A model generated the notes under the pieces. That model saw only the letters and a program-made list of their open reading frames with translations, ran no database searches and was not told the origin of the DNA. From Patescibacteria group bacterium (GTDB taxonomy: Bacteria; Patescibacteriota; Minisyncoccia; Minisyncoccales; UBA10102), in contig JADFNM010000001.1 of NCBI GenBank assembly GCA_022563395.1, positions 526,342-590,341 of the forward strand: a DNA stretch of 64,000 bases. Direction: 5' to 3'. Within the stretch, counting starts at the first letter, position 1; every line of letters starts with the position of its first letter. The position numbers and the translations under genes were made by a program. This document shows, one piece after another, positions 47,805 to 55,823 of the stretch.

Positions 47805-48920
47805 ATGATTACTCCAAATCTCAGGAAAGTTATCGCAAAGCTTGGCTTCCAGGACGCATACATTCAAAGAAAAGCTGAAGAGGTTTTATCTATTGCACGT
47901 ACAAAGGGGTTGCACATAGAGCACGATGCTCTCATACTTGTTTGTTATGATATGAATGGTCCCCTGACAAGTACGCGAGATACGGCGCTCCATCCAATTA
48001 CGGGAATCCAGGAAGCAATCGGCGTACTTGAAAAAGACAACATACAAAAAGCTTTGGTGTCTGGTTGGGACATGACGACTCTTGCGCGTTTTCGCGACCA
48101 ACGCCTCCAGGCTCCTTATTTGCATATTGTTGGGGAGCTTGGCATGGTATGGGACTGGAAGGGAGAAGTACAAGAAGTAAGCCCCATTGCAATGCAGGAG
48201 GTGTATCGCATGAAGGAAATCCTTTATCGGGAAGTGGCACGAGAAAATTTAAAGATTGGGGTACAGGGAAATAAATCCTCAAGAATTACCGGTGTTTTTT
48301 TTGAAGCGGAAGGTTTTCGGCGTGCGAATCTCGTAAACCATCTTTTGCTCAAGGGCAAGAAAATTACGACTAAGGATATCTTCCAATCTTTGCAAAACGA
48401 GCAGGATTTTGTCTGGGATGACGACAGGATCATATTTCCCTGCAAGCAACCATATATTCAAGAAATTGATAGAGTCCTTCGCACTGTGTTCACACTGCAT
48501 TCGGTGAGGCTGGCGCTTGAAAAAGACAGGATCGCACTTTGGGTTGATCACATTGATAAAGAAGATTACTCACCTAAAGACATGAAGAGTTTTTTCAGTA
48601 AGATTCTGCCAGCTCCATGGGAAGTTTTTGTTCACGATGACTTTGGGGCAGAAATTATGTTCCGCGACGAAGAAGGGAAGAAAATTAGTAAGGAATCAAC
48701 CGCGCATCTTTTAGGGGAGAGATTATTCAATGACAAACCCTTCATACTGACCCATGTTGGGGATAGGTCCTCTGACGTATTCATCGGAGATGACAGCATC
48801 TTTTTTGCACAAAAAGGCACCTCAGCTGAAATGTATTGTATAGAAAACAACATTCCTTATATATCAGTCATGCACGGTGGAGATTATAGCTTAATCCTTG
48901 CGGCGTTGCTAAAAATATGA
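47805..48920 (+). CDS. Divergent HAD-superfamily (class II-like) protein
   Basis: YDMNGPLT motif I-like, LVSG, SK, HVGDRSSD motif IV. Confidence 0.6.
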   Translation: MITPNLRKVIAKLGFQDAYIQRKAEEVLSIARTKGLHIEHDALILVCYDMNGPLTSTRDTALHPITGIQEAIGVLEKDNIQKALVSGWDMTTLARFRDQRLQAPYLHIVGELGMVWDWKGEVQEVSPIAMQEVYRMKEILYREVARENLKIGVQGNKSSRITGVFFEAEGFRRANLVNHLLLKGKKITTKDIFQSLQNEQDFVWDDDRIIFPCKQPYIQEIDRVLRTVFTLHSVRLALEKDRIALWVDHIDKEDYSPKDMKSFFSKILPAPWEVFVHDDFGAEIMFRDEEGKKISKESTAHLLGERLFNDKPFILTHVGDRSSDVFIGDDSIFFAQKGTSAEMYCIENNIPYISVMHGGDYSLILAALLKI

Positions 48921-49891
48921 AAGAAGAGGTTGCAGTGCAATTTGGGTTGACACCGCCCCTTGGAGTGATTTCTGCTCCCCCTGGCTTACTTCATCAAACG
49001 TTTTTTGTACAGGCAAAAGAGGGAGATTTTGTCTTTCAGCGATTGCATCAGATCATAAAGCCAGAAACTTGCCAAGATGCAAAAGTAATCACTGATTACG
49101 TGAGGGTGCGGGGAATGGCGGTGCCAGAGTTTTTTGTAACAAAGGAAGGGAATCCATGGTATAGGACCTCTGATGGTTCCTTGTGGCGCGCAATGTCACG
49201 TTTGCCAGGTTCCAGTCACTCTAAAGTTCAGTCTGCAGAGGAGGCCTATGCGGCAGCGCAGTTCTTGGGAGGGTTTCATACATCCCTTGCGGAATTCTCT
49301 TACGAATGCAGTGGAGCAATTCCTCGTTTTCATGACACCCCCTACCTTTTTGAGCAATTCAATGAAGTTGTTTTGAAATACAAAGAGACTCCGCTCTTTG
49401 TACCTGTTGCCAAAGACACAGCATACATTACAGAGCATATGCCCAAAGAGTTCCTGCCGTCCAATCTTCCTCGCCAGATTGTGCATGGAGACCCCAAGAT
49501 CTCCAACTTTCTCTTTGATAAAGATAGTGTGTGTGGTCTTATTGATTTTGACACTTGCATGAATCACACCAAATTGGTAGATATAGGGGATGCGCTGCGG
49601 AGCTGGTGTAACCGAGAAGACGAAGATACCAAGCCTGTCTTTGACCGCACTTTCTACAATGCTGCCGTGGAAGGATATAGGAGTTCTGCAATACTTACCG
49701 AGATGGAACGCCAGCTTATCCCTCAGGCATTGAGGTTGATTACAACTGAGCTTGCAATGCGTTTTTTGCAAGATTATTTTGAGGATTCCTATTTTGGCTG
49801 GGATGCAGCGCACTTTGCAACAAGACGAGAACACAATCTTACGCGCGCCCGAAACCAAATAGAACTACACCACCAGATTATGCAGTCATGA
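48917..49891 (+). CDS. APH-fold sugar kinase (N-acetylhexosamine 1-kinase-like)
   Basis: FVFQR, IPRFHDTP, VHGDPKISNFLF, IDFDT, ELAMRFLQDY. Confidence 0.8.
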   Translation: MKEEVAVQFGLTPPLGVISAPPGLLHQTFFVQAKEGDFVFQRLHQIIKPETCQDAKVITDYVRVRGMAVPEFFVTKEGNPWYRTSDGSLWRAMSRLPGSSHSKVQSAEEAYAAAQFLGGFHTSLAEFSYECSGAIPRFHDTPYLFEQFNEVVLKYKETPLFVPVAKDTAYITEHMPKEFLPSNLPRQIVHGDPKISNFLFDKDSVCGLIDFDTCMNHTKLVDIGDALRSWCNREDEDTKPVFDRTFYNAAVEGYRSSAILTEMERQLIPQALRLITTELAMRFLQDYFEDSYFGWDAAHFATRREHNLTRARNQIELHHQIMQS

Positions 49892-49922
49892 GTTACTAGA
49901 TCCAAAAAGCTAATTACAAACT

Positions 49923-50615
49923 ATGCAAGCAGTAATTCTGGCAGCAGGAAAGGGTACGCGCATGCGGCCCTTAACCTCAAAGCTTCCAAAACCTCTTCTG
50001 CAAATTGGGGGGCAAAGAATTTTAGAGCACACCATTGACCAGCTGCAAGGCATTGTGGACGAAGTGATTCTTGTGGTGGGATACAGGGGTAAGCTCATCC
50101 AGAAATCTTTTCGGGACAATTACAAGGGGATAAAGATTACCTATGCGTGGCAAAAAGAGCAACTGGGCACGGGGGACGCTGCGCAAAAAGCCCTTCCGTA
50201 TCTCAAAGGCCCTTTTCTCTTATTATATGGAGATGATATGTATTATAGGCGCGATATTCTTGAGGTTATAAAATACTGTCCTTCCCTATTGTTGGGGAAG
50301 ATGAAAAATGCTTCTCAATTTGGAGTGGTTCAAACAAAGGGCAAATGGGTTACGGGTATTGTAGAGAAGCCAAAAAATCCCAAGAGTAGTTTTGTGAACG
50401 CAGGCATGTATTTTTTAAATCCTTCTGTTTTTCGCACAAAGTTAAGGAAATCAAAAAGAGGAGAATATGAGTTTACCGACTACATCAAACACCTTTTAAA
50501 AAAGGGCAAGCGCCTTGCGTTTCATGTAACCGACCGTTGGCAGCCCATTTCCAACCCAGAGAATCTGCGTGAAGCCCGTCTTACGCTCAACCCGAGCAAA
50601 CAAAGATTGATATAG
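49923..50615 (+). CDS. Sugar-1-phosphate nucleotidyltransferase (GlmU N-domain/MurU-like)
   Basis: LAAGKGTRMRPLT...PKPL, QLGTG, YGD, VEKP, RGEYE; no LbH domain. Confidence 0.88.
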   Translation: MQAVILAAGKGTRMRPLTSKLPKPLLQIGGQRILEHTIDQLQGIVDEVILVVGYRGKLIQKSFRDNYKGIKITYAWQKEQLGTGDAAQKALPYLKGPFLLLYGDDMYYRRDILEVIKYCPSLLLGKMKNASQFGVVQTKGKWVTGIVEKPKNPKSSFVNAGMYFLNPSVFRTKLRKSKRGEYEFTDYIKHLLKKGKRLAFHVTDRWQPISNPENLREARLTLNPSKQRLI

Positions 50616-50718
50616 TTTGTCAGGGGGTATCTTTGATCTTAAGCCCTATGAAGGGCCCTTATTTTGCCTAAAAGTTTTCCACCATTGACAGGGTTATTTA
50701 CTACGGTAAAGTGATATA

Positions 50719-50962
50719 ACGCTTGTTCACTTGATTAGTTTCTGAGATGGCCCCTGGCCGCGAGTCCTTTCCACCTTCCAGACAGGCCAGGTCGGATGTT
50801 TGAGTTCCCGTTCGTTTGGCGGGGGCCATCTCTCGTCCCTTTGAAGGCGCGCACAGGTGTGCGCCGTATAGAGCCCCGCTGCAAAGCGTCCGCGCGGGGC
50901 CCCCGATCCCGGGCGTCGTTTCTCTCGCTCCCCCGAGCGCAGACGACGCCCCTTTTTCTTTT
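50719..50962 (+). ncRNA. Candidate structured ncRNA of unknown family
   Basis: TTGACA 50685/TAAAGT 50707 promoter, four GC-rich stems, terminal hairpin plus T tract. Confidence 0.5.
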
Positions 50963-51005
50963 CCAAAGAAAACTGATATACTAAAAAAGAAATCATCGCA
51001 TATCT

Positions 51006-51043
51006 CCTAAACAAAATTAAGGAAAACCTTAATTTTGTTCAGG
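51006..51043. repeat. Family A, intergenic
   Basis: CCTAAACAAAATTAAGG aaaa CCTTAATTTTGTTCAGG. Confidence 0.8.
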
Positions 51044-51052
51044 AACTACTGT

Positions 51053-51643
51053 ATGCAATCCTCCTTACTTTCTCAACAGGATTTTCCAAGAGTAGTCAAG
51101 AAAGCAACAGCGGCGCTTTTGAAAGGAAAGGTGCTTGTTTGCCCCACGGATACGGTCTATGGTTTGTTGGCAGACGCCACGAGCAGGAAAGCTGTACAAA
51201 AGGTGTTTTTAGTGAAGGGAAGAGAGAAGGGAAAACCTCTGCCCATCTTTGTAAAGGACATTGCCATGGCAAAGACCCTTGCAAAGGTCTCTTTCTTGCA
51301 AGAAAAGTATATGAGAAGAGTGTGGCCGGGAAAGGTGACTCTTGTGCTGAAAAGCAGGGGAAAGCTGCCCAGAGAAACTGGGACTGCAGAGCGTATTGGT
51401 CTTCGCATTCCAAAGTATGCCTTTGTTCAGCAGCTTTTAGCGAACCTTAGTAGACCTCTTACCGGGACTTCAGCCAACCTTGCAGGGAAACCTTCTTTGT
51501 TTGAGAGCAAGAAGGTGATAGTGCAGTTTCAAAAAAGAAGGCAGCAGCCAGATATAATGTTTGATGCCGGTAAACTCTCTCGTTCTCACCCCTCAAAAGT
51601 GCTCGATATTACAGGAATAAAGCCAAAAGTCTTACGTAAATAG
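51053..51643 (+). CDS. tsaC: L-threonylcarbamoyladenylate synthase
   Basis: PTDTVYGL, KGR...KPL, WPG.VT, GLRIP, TSAN. Confidence 0.93.
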   Translation: MQSSLLSQQDFPRVVKKATAALLKGKVLVCPTDTVYGLLADATSRKAVQKVFLVKGREKGKPLPIFVKDIAMAKTLAKVSFLQEKYMRRVWPGKVTLVLKSRGKLPRETGTAERIGLRIPKYAFVQQLLANLSRPLTGTSANLAGKPSLFESKKVIVQFQKRRQQPDIMFDAGKLSRSHPSKVLDITGIKPKVLRK

Positions 51644-51649
51644 TTTCTT

Positions 51650-52852
51650 ATGGTTCTTCCTTTAGATTTCCATCATTACTTTGAGTACCTCTTAAAGCGC
51701 GACGTTACGAAGCTCTACATTGCTATTGCTATTCGCAACCTGGCTTTGGGCATGGTGCTTTTGTTTGAGCCAATTTATATCTATCTGTTTTTTGGAGAAT
51801 CCTTGCCCCTTACCATTTTGTTTTTTGCCGTTATCTATGGCATGTATGGAGTATTAGCTCCGTTTAGTGGAATGATTATGGGAAAAATAGGGCCCACCAA
51901 GACTATTCTTATCAGTCTCTTTTTATACTTTAGCTATTACCTTGCTTTGTTTTTCTTGCCGCAGTCCTTATGGCTTCTGCCCCTTGCCATCATTTTGGCG
52001 GTTTTCGCCATGCTTTTGTTTTGGACTGCCTTTGATACGGACTTTGCCAGGTTTTCCTCAAGGCAGAGCAGAGGAGGGGATGTGGGAAAGCTCAACGTCA
52101 TGAAACTGTTTCCCATGATTGTAGCTCCTGTTATTGGAGGATGGATACTTGTTGTGTTCGGGTACCCCGTGCTTTTTATGATGGTTCTTGTAGTACTTTT
52201 GGCTTCTACTATTCCCCTGTTTTACTCTAAGGAAACCCATGAGGTATACACCGATTCTTACAAAGAAGCCTGGAAAAGGATGTGGAAAAAAGAGAATGTA
52301 CTTCCCAGTATTGGATTTGCGGCAAACTCAGTGGAGACTGTCATTGCCTTTTTATTCTGGCCCTTGTTTATGTTTCTTTTGGCAACCTCTTTTGATGCAA
52401 TGGGAGCTATTTCCTCCTTTGCCTTGGTTATCTCGGCCCTGTTTATGTTATATGTTGGCAAGGTGTCAGACACACAAGAGCGCCCCTGGCTCTTGAACGT
52501 TGGAGCTTTGTGGACTGGGATTTCTTGGGTTATTAAGTTCTTTGTGGGTACCACTTTCGATGCCCTCCTTGCGCACACCCTCTATCGCATTTCCAGGTCC
52601 GCTGCCGCTGTGCCCTTTGGAACCTTCTTTTACGAACGAGCTGCAGCAAAGGGACCGGAGACAGATGAGTTTGTGGTGAATAGACAAATCATACAGGGCG
52701 TCTCCAGGGGAGTATTTTTGCTTCTTGCCGCCGCCGCGTTTTGGATTGTTCCGAACCTCCCTCTTCAGGCTGTGTTCTTTGTAGCAGCAGTTTTGTCTCT
52801 TGGGTTCATGTTTTCTGGAAAGCTCCCATTTTCTTTTAATCGCCATGGATAA
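51650..52852 (+). CDS. MFS transporter
   Basis: About 12 TM helices, G...GK.G and GKVSD loops. Confidence 0.85.
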   Translation: MVLPLDFHHYFEYLLKRDVTKLYIAIAIRNLALGMVLLFEPIYIYLFFGESLPLTILFFAVIYGMYGVLAPFSGMIMGKIGPTKTILISLFLYFSYYLALFFLPQSLWLLPLAIILAVFAMLLFWTAFDTDFARFSSRQSRGGDVGKLNVMKLFPMIVAPVIGGWILVVFGYPVLFMMVLVVLLASTIPLFYSKETHEVYTDSYKEAWKRMWKKENVLPSIGFAANSVETVIAFLFWPLFMFLLATSFDAMGAISSFALVISALFMLYVGKVSDTQERPWLLNVGALWTGISWVIKFFVGTTFDALLAHTLYRISRSAAAVPFGTFFYERAAAKGPETDEFVVNRQIIQGVSRGVFLLLAAAAFWIVPNLPLQAVFFVAAVLSLGFMFSGKLPFSFNRHG

Positions 52853-54179
52853 AAAAAACTTACAACAACAAGACCCAAAAATTGCAGGATTCATTAAAGA
52901 AGAGCTGCAGCGGAGAAGAGACGGCTTGGAAATGATTCCTTCAGAAAACCATACCTCGCTTGCGGTGCTGGAGGCTTTAGGTTCCATACTTACCGACAAG
53001 TATTCAGAAGGATACCCTGGTAAGAGATACTACGCGGGAAACGAGATTATAGACAAGGTGGAGAGCTTGGCCCAAGAGAGAGCAAAAAAGGCCTTTGGTG
53101 TGCCCCATGCTAATGTGCAGCCTTTGTCTGGGGCTCCTGCAAACAGCGCCGTATATCTTGCGGTATGTGAGCCAGGAGACGTTATTATGGGCCAGAACTT
53201 GGCTGACGGAGGTCACCTTACGCATGGAGCAAAAGGCACCTTTTCCGCACGATTCTACAAAAGTGTCCCATACTATGTTGAGCAGGATGGCTCTATTGAT
53301 TTTGAGAGAGTTCGCAGCGCAGCTTTAAAGAATAAGCCAAAGTTAATATGGGTGGGAGCTTCTGCCTACCCCAAGCTCTTTCCTTTTAAAGAAATGGCAG
53401 AGATTGCAGATGAAGTGGGAGCGTATTTGGTAGCCGACATTGCTCACGTTGCAGGGTTGGTTCTCGCTGGGGCTCATCCAAGTCCCGTTCCTTTTGTGCA
53501 TATCATTACCACCACCACGCACAAGACCCTGCGTGGTCCTAGGGGTGCCATTATTATGGTGACCCAGAAGGGGTTGGATAAGGATGCAGATTTGGCAAAG
53601 AAGGTGGATAAAGCAGTGTTTCCGGCTGGTATTCAGGCCGGTCCCCACAACCACCAGACAGCAGCCATTGCCGTTGCCTTGAAAGAAGCAATGACCCCGG
53701 AGTTTAAAGAGTACGGCCAGCAGATTGTGAGAAATGCAAAGGCGTTAGCTGAATCCTTAAAAGAAGAAGGGCTGCACCTGGTTTCCGGAGGGACAGACAA
53801 CCACATGATACTCGTTGACCTTACCCCATTTGGAAAGGGGACTGGGGTGTTTGCGCAAGATGCCTTAGATAAGGCCGGAATCACAGTAAACAAGAACACC
53901 ATTCCCAAAGATCCTTCCTCTCCCTTTTATCCAAGCGGTGTTCGTTTGGGCACTCCTGCCATTACGACAAGAGGCATGAAAGAAAAAGAGATGGCACAGA
54001 TTGGAAAATGGATTGCAGAGGTTATCCATGAAGTAAAAGGTTATCAGCTTCCAGAAACAAAAGAAGAACGCATTGCGTATCTCAAGCAGTTCAAGAAAGA
54101 CATTGCAGAGAACCAAAAGCTTAAGGATGTAAAAAAGCAGGTAAAGAAACTTTGCAGCAAGTTTCCCCTTCCATATTAA
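52845..54179 (+). CDS. glyA: Serine hydroxymethyltransferase
   Basis: SEN, YSEGYPGKRYY, GGHLTHG, TTTTHKTLRGPRG. Confidence 0.98.
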   Translation: MDKKNLQQQDPKIAGFIKEELQRRRDGLEMIPSENHTSLAVLEALGSILTDKYSEGYPGKRYYAGNEIIDKVESLAQERAKKAFGVPHANVQPLSGAPANSAVYLAVCEPGDVIMGQNLADGGHLTHGAKGTFSARFYKSVPYYVEQDGSIDFERVRSAALKNKPKLIWVGASAYPKLFPFKEMAEIADEVGAYLVADIAHVAGLVLAGAHPSPVPFVHIITTTTHKTLRGPRGAIIMVTQKGLDKDADLAKKVDKAVFPAGIQAGPHNHQTAAIAVALKEAMTPEFKEYGQQIVRNAKALAESLKEEGLHLVSGGTDNHMILVDLTPFGKGTGVFAQDALDKAGITVNKNTIPKDPSSPFYPSGVRLGTPAITTRGMKEKEMAQIGKWIAEVIHEVKGYQLPETKEERIAYLKQFKKDIAENQKLKDVKKQVKKLCSKFPLPY

Positions 54180-54181
54180 TT

Positions 54182-54258
54182 CTTTAATCTCGTTTAGTTA
54201 TCCACGCCCCTTCGGGTCTGAAGCCCTTCAGGGTCTGAACGACTTAATGAGATTAAGT
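54182..54258. repeat. Family A pair interrupted by GC-rich insert
   Basis: CTTTAATCTCGTTTAGT ... ACTTAATGAGATTAAGT flanking CCCTTC(A)GGGTCTGAA x2. Confidence 0.7.
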
Positions 54259-54273
54259 TTAGGATACTGCATT

Positions 54274-55110
54274 ATGGTCCACATTCTTTCTGGTGAAACA
54301 ATAGCTCGGCGGATTCTCAGTAATCTGAAAAAGAAGAAAACGAGGGAAAGACTCTCTCTTGTTGTAGTTCAGGTTGGGGGGAATCCAGTGTCTTTAAAGT
54401 ATGTGGAAGAGAAGCGAAAGGTTGCCAAAGAGCTTGGTGTTACATTCCATTTCGTTGTTCTCCCCTCAAATGTCTCTCAAACGAAATTTGAGCAACAGAT
54501 AAAAAAGATGGGCAAAGACAAAAAGGTTTCTGGCATGATAGTGCAGCTTCCTCTGCCAAGGCGGTTGAATACCCAGCGTGTTTTAGACTGTATCCCCATA
54601 GAAAAAGATGTGGATGTGCTGTCTTCAGCTTCCTTCTCGGATTTTGTCCTGGGAACTCTGCCCATTTTGCCTCCCACAGTTGCTGCAATTGGTTTATTGC
54701 TTAAAAAAGCCAAGAAAAACCTGGAGAGTACAAAGGTTGCCGTGGTGGGAGTTGGCAGGTTGGTGGGCTTGCCTACTGCTCTGTGGCTGGTTCAACAGGG
54801 AGCCACCATTTCTTTGGTTCAGAAAGGGACAAGGAACGCTTCCCAGTTGATTTCAAAAGCGGACATCGTCATTTCCGGAGTAGGAAAGCCAGGTTTGATA
54901 ACAGGCAAGATGATAAAAAAGGGAGCTGTGGTGATTGATGCTGGAACCTCGGTGGAATATGTTAGACCTCCGAGGTCTAACATGATAAAGGGGGATATAG
55001 ATTTTGAGAGTGTTTCAAAAAAGGCAAGCTTCCTGAGCCCTGTCCCGGGAGGCGTTGGCCCTTTGACCGTTGCTTGTTTATTTAAAAATCTTTTCTTACT
55101 CAATGACTGA
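54274..55110 (+). CDS. folD: Methylenetetrahydrofolate dehydrogenase/cyclohydrolase
   Basis: VQLPLP, KDVD, LVG.P, IDAG, PVPGGVGPLTV. Confidence 0.95.
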   Translation: MVHILSGETIARRILSNLKKKKTRERLSLVVVQVGGNPVSLKYVEEKRKVAKELGVTFHFVVLPSNVSQTKFEQQIKKMGKDKKVSGMIVQLPLPRRLNTQRVLDCIPIEKDVDVLSSASFSDFVLGTLPILPPTVAAIGLLLKKAKKNLESTKVAVVGVGRLVGLPTALWLVQQGATISLVQKGTRNASQLISKADIVISGVGKPGLITGKMIKKGAVVIDAGTSVEYVRPPRSNMIKGDIDFESVSKKASFLSPVPGGVGPLTVACLFKNLFLLND

Positions 55111-55558
55111 TATCATCGTTTTTCTTGGAGAATATCTTTCACATATCCTCATTGCCGGGATTTTGGTGTTTTGGTGGGAGAATAAAAAGAGATACCCCAA
55201 ATTTTTGTGGGAGTCTTTTCTTGCAGCCTTACTTTCCAGAGGCATTATCACCGAGCTCATACGGTTCTTTTGGGAAAGACCAAGGCCGTTTGTTGAACAA
55301 AACATTACTCCCTTAATTGAACACGCAGCTTCTGCTTCTTTTCCCTCTGGCCACGCAACCTTCTTTTTTGCGCTTGGAACCATTCTCTTTTTCTATAACA
55401 AAACAGCAGGAGCTTTGTTCCTACTGGGAGCCGCAGTTCTTACTTCAGCTCGGGTATTTGCCTTTCTCCACTGGCCCTCTGATATTATTGGAGGAGCTGT
55501 AATCGGGATTGCCTCAGCATTTCTCGTTGTTCAGCTCTCTCGGAGGTTTTTTAAATAG
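55103..55558 (+). CDS. PAP2 family phosphatase (undecaprenyl-diphosphatase-like)
   Basis: RPRP, SFPSGHA, R....H.PSD. Confidence 0.9.
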   Translation: MTDIIVFLGEYLSHILIAGILVFWWENKKRYPKFLWESFLAALLSRGIITELIRFFWERPRPFVEQNITPLIEHAASASFPSGHATFFFALGTILFFYNKTAGALFLLGAAVLTSARVFAFLHWPSDIIGGAVIGIASAFLVVQLSRRFFK

Positions 55559-55823
55559 TGCAGTATTCATTGCTCAACCGAGTCTAGCAATCTATAACCC
55601 CTAAAAAATAAGGTCCTGATAAAAGTTACCACGACCAAGTGAGGAACGAGGAAGGGTTGAGACAAATAAGGGACCGATTGTTTCCACCGGGATCCCCATC
55701 ATAATGTCAACCATCAGGATATTCAAACCCAACCCCCTTGTTTTTATACGTTTTCCAATTTGCGGTTTTATCTTTCACTCTCTTTTCTGCCTTCGGAAAC
55801 TCTACGGGAGTTGTTACTGTTGG

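Noticed and set aside
50727..51014. Short ORFs, RNase P or SRP identity for the GC-rich block
   Set aside because: The peptides are R/P/G-rich artefacts of GC content; no GAGGAAAGTCC or SRP GGAA-loop signature on either strand.
2899..54258. Family A repeats as a CRISPR/TIGR array or integron attC sites
   Set aside because: Copies are dispersed pairs, not a tandem repeat-spacer array. Several lie inside core genes, and there is no cas or integrase gene.
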